Shown here one piece after another: positions 1 to 7,355 of a stretch of 26,103 nucleotides of DNA. Position 1 is the stretch's first letter; each line of letters begins with the position of its first letter. Both the position numbers and the translations under genes were made by a program. Origin of the DNA: a virus. Taxonomy: Duplodnaviria > Caudoviricetes. Location: IMG/VR virus record IMGVR_UViG_3300017754_002221, positions 1-26,103 of that record, one strand, 5' to 3'. The notes under the pieces are model-generated. The model saw only the letters and a list, made by a program, of their open reading frames with translations, searched no databases and was not told where the DNA came from.

Positions 1-36
1 AAGAAGAAATAATGTTGGATTTATTAATAGCAAATT

Positions 37-462
37 ATGAAGGTTGGGAAAAGTTTGAAAGAAAATACACAAAGAAGAGCAACTCTGAAAAATAGAATTG
101 AAGATTTAGAAAATCAAATTTTACTATTGAAGAAGTTTGCCCACTATGAGCAGTACTTTTCCAAGCTAAAGAGAAAAAGAAATGACTATATAGTTGAGAT
201 GAGAAGACTACTTAGTAGAGAAATGTATGGAGAAGGTCTTAGTAAATCTGATATAGGTAGAGTTCTTTGTAAAGATCATAGCACTATAATCCACATGCTT
301 AAAACTGATGGTTCTACTGAAGTAAATAAAGTAGTTTCTGCTAATTATAAGCAGTGGATAAAAGATGGAGTATATCCGCATAGTATTTTTATTCTTGTGC
401 CTTCTTATTTACATAAATCTGGTAACCGAACTGCTCTGTCATATAAACTAGTTGAATTATGA
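37..462 (+). CDS. Protein with a DnaA domain IV-like helix-turn-helix
   Basis: GLSKSDIGRVLCKDHSTIIHML resembles the DnaA C-terminal signature (SLxxIGxxFGxRDHTTVxHA). The N-terminal half is coiled-coil-like and there is no AAA+ domain. Confidence 0.6.
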   Translation: MKVGKSLKENTQRRATLKNRIEDLENQILLLKKFAHYEQYFSKLKRKRNDYIVEMRRLLSREMYGEGLSKSDIGRVLCKDHSTIIHMLKTDGSTEVNKVVSANYKQWIKDGVYPHSIFILVPSYLHKSGNRTALSYKLVEL

Positions 463-827
463 GAAAGTTTATTTTTATAGTATTATTGCTATTGATTAGT
501 ATAAGTACTAAAGCGCAAGTTATCTTGCAAAGTTATTCAGCAGCAAGGGCTGAATGGAGTGAATTTTTAGGTGACTGGGTCTGGGGTGAAAGATCACCTT
601 GTACTGTAACATTTAGAGTAACTGAAAATGTAATTGAAGCAGATGATGTAGCTCAATCTACATACTATGTGTACTCAGAATATCTTGTAGAAAAATATAA
701 AAATGCATGGAGAGCAGTAGATGAAGATGGTGAAAACTGCATGGTAGGTATTATTACAGAACCTAGCATGCCTTCCTTTCTTTATGTAATGTATGAAAGT
801 GTTATGTTTAAATACTTTATCAAATGA
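459..827 (+). CDS. Exported hypothetical protein with Sec signal peptide
   Basis: MRKFIFIVLLLLISISTKA|Q has a basic n-region, a hydrophobic core and cleavage before Gln. ATGA overlaps with both neighbours. Confidence 0.75.
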   Translation: MRKFIFIVLLLLISISTKAQVILQSYSAARAEWSEFLGDWVWGERSPCTVTFRVTENVIEADDVAQSTYYVYSEYLVEKYKNAWRAVDEDGENCMVGIITEPSMPSFLYVMYESVMFKYFIK

Positions 828-1231
828 AACTTAAGACTTGTGACATATGTGGTGAAGAAAAACCAATATGGAAGAGTAGTGGAACCGGGGGATTACGGTA
901 TTGCCAATATTGCTGGAGTTGCCACAAAAGCAAAGATAAAGATACACAGAAACCAACAAACTCTGTTATCCCCCGTGTTTCTGCTAAAAGAGCAAAAAAA
1001 GATGCTGAGTACAGCAAGTTAAGAGAAAGATATCTTACAGAGAATTTATTATGTATGATTAAAGTAGGTGGTTGTACACATAATGCAACTGATATACATC
1101 ATACATATGCAGGATCTAATAGAGATGCTTTTTACTTAGTTCAAAGTACTTGGAAAGGAGTATGCCGGAATTGCCATGACTGGATTCATGCTAATCCAGG
1201 TGATGCTAGACTAATGGGATGGTTAAAATAA
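824..1231 (+). CDS. HNH-family nuclease with N-terminal Zn finger
   Basis: N-terminal CxxC...CxxC; C-terminal C-x6-C...DIHH...CRNCHDWIH His-Me finger pattern. Confidence 0.7.
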   Translation: MKLKTCDICGEEKPIWKSSGTGGLRYCQYCWSCHKSKDKDTQKPTNSVIPRVSAKRAKKDAEYSKLRERYLTENLLCMIKVGGCTHNATDIHHTYAGSNRDAFYLVQSTWKGVCRNCHDWIHANPGDARLMGWLK

Positions 1232-1237
1232 TTATTT

Positions 1238-1327
1238 ATGATAAGAGATGATATTCAAGCAGCAGCACTTAAAGCTACTGAAAATGAATTTAGATGTGGG
1301 TTAGCTCTTGCTACAGGTTATTTGTAA
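1238..1327 (+). pseudogene. Stub of the displaced 5' end of the SF2 helicase gene (29 aa)
   Basis: MIRDDIQAAALKATENEFRCGLALATGYL* aligns without gaps to the helicase N-terminus MSREKIQEEALKATEGQHRATIVLATG (15/27 identical). Similarity ends in the middle of Walker A. Confidence 0.85.
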
Positions 1328-1351
1328 ATTTAATAAAATTTACTATCTTTA
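1321..1351 (+). promoter_or_regulatory. Bacteroidota-type promoter for the GIY-YIG gene
   Basis: TTTG(1321-1324)-N19-TATCTTTA(1344-1351), one mismatch to TTTG-N19..21-TAnnTTTG, just upstream of ATG 1356. Confidence 0.5.
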
Positions 1352-1355
1352 CTTT

Positions 1356-2141
1356 ATGAAAATAAGTAAAGGCTTTGGATATAAGAAATCTGGTATTTAT
1401 TGTATCAAAAATATAGTAAATGATAAGTTTTATATTGGGAGCAGTATCCATATTTATTATAGATTAAGGAGGCATAAGTCAGATTTGATAAAAAAAACAC
1501 ATGCAAATCCTATTTTATAAAATGCTTATAATAAATATGGTGCTGACTCTTTTGAAGTAGTAATTTTAGAGGAGTGTTCTAAAGATATTGTATTACAAAG
1601 AGAACAACATTATATTAATACTCTTTTGCCAGAGTATAATATTACAAAAGAAGTTGTAAACAATAGGTTATCACTTGAATCAAGGTTAAAAATATCAAAA
1701 ACACTTAAGGAAAAGATAAAAAAAGGTTTGATCACAAATCCCTTGAATCTTGATAAACAAAAGGAAGTCATTATTTATGATGCTGATTGTAATTGTATTG
1801 ATAAATTTTCTTCACAAAATGCTGCAGGTAGATATTTAGAAAAAATTTATTCTGAATTTTCATTTAAATCTGTTAATGCAATAGTTAATAAAAAATCTAG
1901 GAATAGAAGAGGAAAATATAAAAATCATTTTATTCTTTATCCTAATGAGCTATGCATAAAAGATGTTATTAGATCTGATGCTTTTAAAATTTTATGTATA
2001 GATCTTAATACAAATTCTACTGTAATTTATAATAAAACTAATGATTTAACTAAAGCTGTAGGTTGTTCTCCATCTGCTGTATTAGCAGCTTTAAAAAATG
2101 ACAGATTACTACTAAAAAGATATAAATTAACTAAATTATGA
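1356..2141 (+). pseudogene. GIY-YIG homing endonuclease (I-TevI-like) with one in-frame TAA at 1518-1520
   Basis: GIYCIKN...FYIGSS...R...H; reading through the stop gives HANPIL*NAYNKYG...FEVVILE...REQHYINTLLPEYN. Track ORFs 1308-1520 and 1626-2141 are the same frame. The C-terminal segments resemble NUMOD/HTH DNA-binding modules. Confidence 0.9.
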
Positions 2142-3238
2142 GTAGAGAAAAAATACAAGAGGAAGCTTTAAAAGCTACTGAAGGTCAGCATAGAGCTACA
2201 ATTGTACTTGCTACTGGTGTTGGGAAGACTTTAGTTGGTCTTCTCCACCTTGAGCGGGAGTATTCACCTCTAAAGAATATATTAGTTGTTGCTCCTAAGA
2301 GATCAATTATTGCTGAATGGAGAGTTCAAGCTATTAAGTTTAAGAAGGATAGATTCTTGTCTAATACTACTTTTACAACATACTTAAGCTTGAATAAACA
2401 TGATCCATTAGAGTATGATATTGTTTATCTAGATGAAGCACACAACTTGTTAGATAGTCATAGAGGATTTCTAGAGAACTATCATGGTAAAATTCTTGGT
2501 TTAACTGGTACTCCACCTAAAAGAAGTGATTCTGAAAAAGGGAGAATGGTTAATGAATTTTGTCCAATGGTATATGAGTATGTAACTGATGATGCTGTTG
2601 ATGCTAAAATTCTAAATGATTATAAGATAATTGTTCATGAGTTAAGACTTGGTAATAAAGATAAAAACGTAAAAGTTTCTACTAAAACCGGGGGATTCTA
2701 TACTACTGAACAAGCAAATTATCAATACTGGTGTAACAGACTAGAGACTGCTATGGGAGCTAGCTCTGTACAGATGGCTAGGATCATGAGAATGAAAGCT
2801 CTAATGGCATATCCTAGTAAGGAAAAGTATGCTAAACTTCTATCAGAAAGCATTAAATCAAAATGTATTATATTTGCCAACACACAAGAACAAGCAGATA
2901 GAATATGTCAACACAGTTATCACAGTACTAATAGTGAATCAGAAAGCAATCTAATGGCTTTTAAAAATGGTGACATAACTAAATTATCTTGTGTCCTTCA
3001 GCTTAGTGAGGGGGTGAATATTCCAAATCTTAAACAAGGTATTATACTTCATGCATATGGTAATGAGCGTAAAGCTCAGCAACGTATTGGTAGGCTTCTT
3101 AGATTAAGTCCAGATGAGACAGCTACTGTACATATACTGTGTTATATGGATACTGTAGATGAGAAATGGGTAAAAGATGCTCTTGAAGATTATGATAGCT
3201 CTAAGATAACTTGGAAAGACTTTAATATTAAACTTTAA
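2138..3238 (+). CDS. Superfamily 2 (DEAH, ResIII/UvsW-like) DNA helicase
   Basis: Motif I LATGVGKT, II YLDEAH, III GLTGTP, V LSEGVNIP, VI QRIGRLLR. Confidence 0.92.
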   Translation: MSREKIQEEALKATEGQHRATIVLATGVGKTLVGLLHLEREYSPLKNILVVAPKRSIIAEWRVQAIKFKKDRFLSNTTFTTYLSLNKHDPLEYDIVYLDEAHNLLDSHRGFLENYHGKILGLTGTPPKRSDSEKGRMVNEFCPMVYEYVTDDAVDAKILNDYKIIVHELRLGNKDKNVKVSTKTGGFYTTEQANYQYWCNRLETAMGASSVQMARIMRMKALMAYPSKEKYAKLLSESIKSKCIIFANTQEQADRICQHSYHSTNSESESNLMAFKNGDITKLSCVLQLSEGVNIPNLKQGIILHAYGNERKAQQRIGRLLRLSPDETATVHILCYMDTVDEKWVKDALEDYDSSKITWKDFNIKL

Positions 3239-3735
3239 TGCGTACTGAAAAAAACACAATTATTTTAGTGAGAGCTCTTGTTAAGCTTTCCGGAGCTCTT
3301 TATGACATTGACTGTCTAAAAGAATCAAGTAAGTATAAGTTCCAGATCAAAAAAGATCTTGATACATTTCAACCCTGGTTAGAAGAATATATTAGAGAAC
3401 CTATTACTACTCTTACTAAAGCTGATTCTGAAACACTGATGACTCTTATAAATTTATTTACTAGTTATGAAGAAACTGTCTTTGTAAAGAATGGCTTTAA
3501 TACTTGTGTAAATTTATTTTTAGCAAAATGTCACTCTGCTTTAAATGATTTAAAAGATCTTGATAAGCAACATAGTACATATGTAAATAAGCTATCTGTT
3601 AAACTAGAAAACTTATTAAGTGCTAAGTATTTTAATCAGTATACTGATTATGTAGATCCAGATGGTAAAACCTTTAGTGACATAATTAGATTCATGGATG
3701 ATGAAGGTAAAAGTATAATAATTGGAACATTGTAA
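3238..3735 (+). CDS. Hypothetical protein
   Basis: 165-aa ORF coupled to the helicase by a TAATG overlap; no motif recognised. Confidence 0.7.
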   Translation: MRTEKNTIILVRALVKLSGALYDIDCLKESSKYKFQIKKDLDTFQPWLEEYIREPITTLTKADSETLMTLINLFTSYEETVFVKNGFNTCVNLFLAKCHSALNDLKDLDKQHSTYVNKLSVKLENLLSAKYFNQYTDYVDPDGKTFSDIIRFMDDEGKSIIIGTL

Positions 3736-3767
3736 TTTTTTTAGTAACTTACTTTAAAATTATTACC

Positions 3768-4016
3768 TTGGAAAATACACATCAACTAATTTTACATAAT
3801 GATGATGAAAACAATTATCTATATGTAATAGCTATTTTAATGCGTTACTGTAATCATGATAAAGAACAAGCTGAGCAGTGTGCTGTAATCACAAATAATG
3901 CTGGCAAATGTGATATTAAACACGGTAACTTTTTGGATATCCTAGAACTTAAAACACAAATAGAAGATCTAGGGTTAAAAGTAGAAATGCAAGACTATGC
4001 AGGTAATATGTATTAA
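3768..4016 (+). CDS. clpS: ClpS-like ATP-dependent Clp protease adaptor
   Basis: LILHNDDEN...VIAILMRYCNHDKEQAEQCAVITNNAGKCDIKHG matches the Bacteroidota ClpS pattern (LxNDDxN...CxHxxEQAEQC...GKCxVKxG). TTG start. Confidence 0.85.
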   Translation: MENTHQLILHNDDENNYLYVIAILMRYCNHDKEQAEQCAVITNNAGKCDIKHGNFLDILELKTQIEDLGLKVEMQDYAGNMY

Positions 4017-4257
4017 TTCATCTAACAAACCAAAGCCTATACCTATGCATAAATGGATAGAGGAAGGTACAGTTTATACTATAGAAAGATTAGTTAGAAT
4101 GAACATTCAACAAAATAAACTTGGAGTAGTATTAAAAGAAATTGATCTAGATGAATCTTGTTTTCCCTATTTCTACTTTGATGCTGATAGATTTGCACCT
4201 GTTCAATTAGTTAAGCAAAAAGAAGAAGTTTCTGAAGAAGAACTTATGGAAATCTAA
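3997..4257 (+). CDS. Hypothetical protein (small beta-rich domain)
   Basis: 86-aa ORF overlapping the clpS end, with an acidic tail. Confidence 0.7.
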   Translation: MQVICINSSNKPKPIPMHKWIEEGTVYTIERLVRMNIQQNKLGVVLKEIDLDESCFPYFYFDADRFAPVQLVKQKEEVSEEELMEI

Positions 4258-4281
4258 ATCTTAAAAATTTAAACTTGTATT

Positions 4282-4485
4282 ATGAAATTTGAAAGAATAA
4301 GTGGCTGTGCTACATTATTATTCTGGTTATTATTCATCATTGGTTGGTTTATGAATATTTATAGATTGACTAAATGTGATTTTGATACACCATTAAAAGT
4401 AGAAGCTACAAGAATAGTTGGGGCAATTGTTGCACCTATAGGAGCTGTAATAGGTTATATGGATATTAAAGATGGCCAAAAATAA
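4282..4485 (+). CDS. Small membrane protein (2 TM)
   Basis: Two hydrophobic segments: LLFWLLFIIGWFM and IVGAIVAPIGAVIG. Confidence 0.7.
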   Translation: MKFERISGCATLLFWLLFIIGWFMNIYRLTKCDFDTPLKVEATRIVGAIVAPIGAVIGYMDIKDGQK

Positions 4486-4834
4486 AGCATATTCTAAAGT
4501 GCGTTTAAAAAATGCACTTAAAAAGATAAAACCTGAAGATCTTGATGAGTTTAGATTCCATATGAATGCTGGTTCATCAGTAATTGAGATATCAAAAAGA
4601 TTTCAGCTGTCTTATGCTTATGCTACAATATTGTTTTTAGAATTTTCAGTTCATGAAAAGAGATACCAAAAAGTTATGGGCAGTAAGACAGAGCCTTATT
4701 ATCATACTGAAGATGGATATCAAATTCCTGAGTATAGAATTCAGGATCTAAAGAATCAAGAGTTAAAAATTTATAAAAGACTAGAAGATGGGAAAGATGA
4801 AAGAACTCTATATAGAGATAATGGAGAAGAATAA
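4472..4834 (+). CDS. Hypothetical protein, possible HTH
   Basis: GSSVIEISKRFQLSYAYA is HTH-like. Confidence 0.6.
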   Translation: MAKNKAYSKVRLKNALKKIKPEDLDEFRFHMNAGSSVIEISKRFQLSYAYATILFLEFSVHEKRYQKVMGSKTEPYYHTEDGYQIPEYRIQDLKNQELKIYKRLEDGKDERTLYRDNGEE

Positions 4835-4967
4835 CTATGAGATGCCAGATGGATTTAAATTATCTGAGTATCTTATAAAAAAGGAAATGGAAACTGCAGA
4901 ATGGAAAGAATATGAAGAAAAATTTAGAAAACGTCAGGAAGATAAGAAGACTAAAAATGCTGAGTAA
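4788..4967 (+). CDS. Small charged hypothetical protein (59 aa, not in ORF track)
   Basis: Read manually: MGKMKELYIEIMEKNNYEMPDGFKLSEYLIKKEMETAEWKEYEEKFRKRQEDKKTKNAE*. It fills the gap after 4834. Confidence 0.65.
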   Translation: MGKMKELYIEIMEKNNYEMPDGFKLSEYLIKKEMETAEWKEYEEKFRKRQEDKKTKNAE

Positions 4968-5052
4968 AAAGCTGGTATTAGAAGTTAATTTTAAAAGATC
5001 AAATAAAGTTTACAGTAAATTTGTTGCTGTAAATAATGAAGAAGGTGACTAA
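4957..5052 (+). CDS. Possible 31-aa ORF
   Basis: MLSKKLVLEVNFKRSNKVYSKFVAVNNEEGD*; overlaps both neighbours in the tiling style of this genome. Confidence 0.35.
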   Translation: MLSKKLVLEVNFKRSNKVYSKFVAVNNEEGD

Positions 5053-5233
5053 TTTTCTAAAATATTTGATAATTTGGATAAGCCAAAACTTAGCTATTCC
5101 ATTTTGGATGGTAGGACATGTACATTTATCTGTAAATATTTATGAAGATGTATATGAAATACTAGCCTCATTTGGTATGAATATTATAGTAGCTGTTGGG
5201 TTTTATTTAGACTATAAACAAACACCTAAATAG
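5036..5233 (+). CDS. Small membrane protein (2 TM)
   Basis: Hydrophobic segments YLIIWISQNLAIPFWMVG and ILASFGMNIIVAVGFYL. Confidence 0.7.
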   Translation: MKKVTNFLKYLIIWISQNLAIPFWMVGHVHLSVNIYEDVYEILASFGMNIIVAVGFYLDYKQTPK

Positions 5234-5243
5234 TTTACTATAT

Positions 5244-5318
5244 GCTCCTGTAATTTAACGGATAAAATTCATCTCTTCTAAAGATGCTATGGGAGTTCGA
5301 TTCTCTCCGGGAGTACCA
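5244..5318 (+). tRNA. trnR: tRNA-Arg (anticodon UCU)
   Basis: Cloverleaf: acceptor GCTCCTG/CGGGAGT, D stem ATTT/AAAT with A20, anticodon stem CATCT/AGATG with loop CT-TCT-AA, T arm GGGAG-TTCGATT-CTCTC, encoded CCA. Confidence 0.93.
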
Positions 5319-5351
5319 ATCATATGATTGACTATTAATGATTAAAAACAA

Positions 5352-5882
5352 ATGATTATGAAAACAATTCAAATTTCTAAAGTTGTAATGCATGGTGCAT
5401 TTATTCTGTTACTATCTAAAGTATTATCTAGTTACACTGAACCTAAAGCACCTGTTGAAGTAAAAGTTATTGAGAAACTTGTTCCTCAAAAAGTTGAAGC
5501 TGTAGAATTTTCAGAAGAAAATCTTCAGCTGTACATGACTGAGATAAATCTAAAATTTAAGCATATTGTTATGGCTCAAGCAATGATTGAGTCTGGATAT
5601 TTTAAGTCTAAAATATTTCAAGAGAATCACAATATGTTTGGAATGAAGCAAGCTAAGTCTAGGCAAACTACTAATATTGGAGTGAATAGAGGACATGCTA
5701 AATATGCTTCATGGCAAGATTGTGTATTAGATTATGCTTTATATCAAGCTAGATATTTAAATAAAGTTAAGTCAGATGAAGAATATTATGATTATCTTTC
5801 TAAAAGCTATGCAGGAGATCCTAATTATATTCAAAAAGTTAAGCATTTGGCTAATGATATTCTTAGCTCTGGTAATATGTAA
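5352..5882 (+). CDS. GH73 glucosaminidase (peptidoglycan hydrolase) with N-terminal signal/anchor
   Basis: AQAMIESG (catalytic E), NMFGMK, YASWQDCVLDY, YAGDPNY; hydrophobic N-terminus. Confidence 0.85.
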   Translation: MIMKTIQISKVVMHGAFILLLSKVLSSYTEPKAPVEVKVIEKLVPQKVEAVEFSEENLQLYMTEINLKFKHIVMAQAMIESGYFKSKIFQENHNMFGMKQAKSRQTTNIGVNRGHAKYASWQDCVLDYALYQARYLNKVKSDEEYYDYLSKSYAGDPNYIQKVKHLANDILSSGNM

Positions 5883-5899
5883 CTTAATATTTAAGGAAC

Positions 5900-6010
5900 A
5901 TGAAGAATGATCAAGAGGATAACTTTAAAGAGGGCTTCATTCAAGGAATCCCTGTCGGTATGATTATAGCATATATAATAATGCTAATTCTTACAGAAAT
6001 AATATATTAA
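5900..6010 (+). CDS. 36-aa single-TM protein (not in ORF track)
   Basis: MKNDQEDNFKEGFIQGIPVGMIIAYIIMLILTEIIY*; fills the gap between genes. Confidence 0.55.
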   Translation: MKNDQEDNFKEGFIQGIPVGMIIAYIIMLILTEIIY

Positions 6011-6020
6011 ATCTTTAATT

Positions 6021-6464
6021 ATGAAAAAATCAAGTAGTGCCTTATTAAGGCTAGTATCAATGTGTCTTATTGTTTTTATAACAGGTAACTCTATAAATGC
6101 TCAGATAGTTGTAAAAGAATCAAAGAGTGAGGAGATTTATAAAAGCGTAGGGGGTCAACATAAAATGTATAAGATGGGGCTAGATAGTACATCTATGCAA
6201 TATGTTTTCTATTTTAGAGATGCTCAGTATAAGCAACTTATAGACTATAAGTACTTTTCTTTTAAATCATTAGATGAAGTAAAGCAGTTCTTTGAACTTG
6301 TTATTAAAGCTATTGATGAGAAAAAAGAATTTGAGTTATTAGTTGGTAAGTCTGCTGTTGCTATCCACAGTTCAGGAACATCTGCTATGATATTCTTGGA
6401 TGGTGGATATTGTATGATGAATAAAAAGCAAGCAGAAATCTTAATTCAAACAGTATGCGGGTAG
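6021..6464 (+). CDS. Exported hypothetical protein with signal peptide
   Basis: Hydrophobic N-terminus ending ...NSINA|QIVV. Confidence 0.72.
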   Translation: MKKSSSALLRLVSMCLIVFITGNSINAQIVVKESKSEEIYKSVGGQHKMYKMGLDSTSMQYVFYFRDAQYKQLIDYKYFSFKSLDEVKQFFELVIKAIDEKKEFELLVGKSAVAIHSSGTSAMIFLDGGYCMMNKKQAEILIQTVCG

Positions 6465-6649
6465 AACTTTTATTAAATGGTACAACTAAGATTGTACTCA
6501 TTCCAGAAAATGATATAGAAACAGCTATTCTGGCTAATGTTTCTAAAGGAGATGTTGAAGCTACTATGATAGCTCAGCATACTCAGATTCTTGATAAAGT
6601 AATTCAAGATGGTTTGGTCATAGCACCAAAAGTAAATAGAGGTGAATAA
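6455..6649 (+). CDS. Hypothetical protein
   Basis: 64-aa ORF ending immediately before a terminator-like hairpin. Confidence 0.65.
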   Translation: MRVELLLNGTTKIVLIPENDIETAILANVSKGDVEATMIAQHTQILDKVIQDGLVIAPKVNRGE

Positions 6650-6650
6650 C

Positions 6651-6680
6651 AAAGGAGGGTTAGTTCCCTCCTTTATTTCT
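6651..6680 (+). terminator. Probable intrinsic terminator
   Basis: AAAGGAGGG-TTAGTT-CCCTCCTTT followed by ATTTCT. Confidence 0.65.
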
Positions 6681-6689
6681 ACAAAATAT

Positions 6690-7100
6690 ATGATTACAGA
6701 TATTAAGATAATTAATAAGAGAAAAAGTTTGTGTAAAAAGATAGTTGATGAGCATTTTGAAATTAGTTTAGTTTCAGATAGAAATGCTAACTATCTATGG
6801 TGGATGTACAAAGAAGGTTCTAATCAAGGAATGTATAGACCTTTTATGATCAATTCTGAACTAGATCTTCTTGAGGAACTTAAATTGATAAATAAGGATG
6901 AGAGAGAATCATTAAATAAAATGTTTAGCTCTGAAGATGAGGATAATGTATACATTGCTCTTTTATCACTTGAATCATTCAGAAAGAAAAGAATTAAACT
7001 ACATGGTAAATTTGATTCTTCTAAGCAGGATGTATCAGATGAATTTAGAAAGTATGTTACATCTTATCCTAGTAAATTATTATTAAACTATAAAAAATGA
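6690..7100 (+). CDS. Hypothetical protein carrying the shared MxxSEDxDN motif
   Basis: Start moved to ATG 6690 because the track start (6642) runs through the hairpin. Contains ESLNKMFSSEDEDNVYIA. Confidence 0.7.
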   Translation: MITDIKIINKRKSLCKKIVDEHFEISLVSDRNANYLWWMYKEGSNQGMYRPFMINSELDLLEELKLINKDERESLNKMFSSEDEDNVYIALLSLESFRKKRIKLHGKFDSSKQDVSDEFRKYVTSYPSKLLLNYKK

Positions 7101-7354
7101 CAAAAGAAGAACTAATAGACTTTGGCTTTGAGCTTGAGAATGTTACTGTAGAAGATAGTGGTAATAAAAATCCATATTATTACTACAGCTTTAAAGTAAT
7201 AGATAACATGATACTGCTAAGTACTGACAGTGATTTGGTAAAGGATAATGAGTGGAATGTTTATTGTTATAATAATGAACTGATAATTGATTCTATGGAA
7301 GACTTAGAGTTGTTTGTTAGCTTAGTAAGAAGATTTAATAAAAACTTTAAGTAA
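7097..7354 (+). CDS. Hypothetical protein
   Basis: 85-aa acidic ORF with ATGA coupling. Confidence 0.7.
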   Translation: MTKEELIDFGFELENVTVEDSGNKNPYYYYSFKVIDNMILLSTDSDLVKDNEWNVYCYNNELIIDSMEDLELFVSLVRRFNKNFK

Positions 7355-7355
7355 T

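Larger units (their letters stand above)
1319..2218 (+). mobile_element. Free-standing homing element: promoter + GIY-YIG gene + replacement helicase 5' end
   Basis: Removing 1319-2218 (900 bp) rejoins the stub ...LATG to VGKT... in frame, giving a complete helicase. The exact boundary can slide within the duplicated region. Confidence 0.7.

Noticed and set aside
1-95. 3' end of an upstream CDS
   Set aside because: Two frames are open from the edge (stops at 38-40 with an ATGA overlap, or at 93-95). I cannot decide between them from this window.
1518-1520. Stop-codon reassignment to Gln as in some crAss-like phages
   Set aside because: The codon is TAA, which ends many genes here. TAG and TGA also act as stops and no other gene is fragmented.
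1319-2218. Group I intron in the helicase gene
   Set aside because: The interval is filled by promoter, ORF and the duplicated coding start. There is no room for a ribozyme core, no terminal G at the required junction, and the downstream helicase is complete without splicing.
3271-3299. Inverted repeat AGAGCTC...GAGCTCT
   Set aside because: Short, inside coding sequence, and explained by two Ala-Leu codon pairs.
3721-4277. Extra promoter-like sites before clpS (TAACTTAC) and before 4282 (TAAACTTG)
   Set aside because: One or two mismatches in very AT-rich DNA; plausible but not supportable. TAAATTTG at 25774 was omitted because it abuts both a terminator and the ATG.
6361-6369. DnaA-box-like CTATCCACA
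   Set aside because: Single, mismatched and within a CDS; no cluster suggesting an origin.
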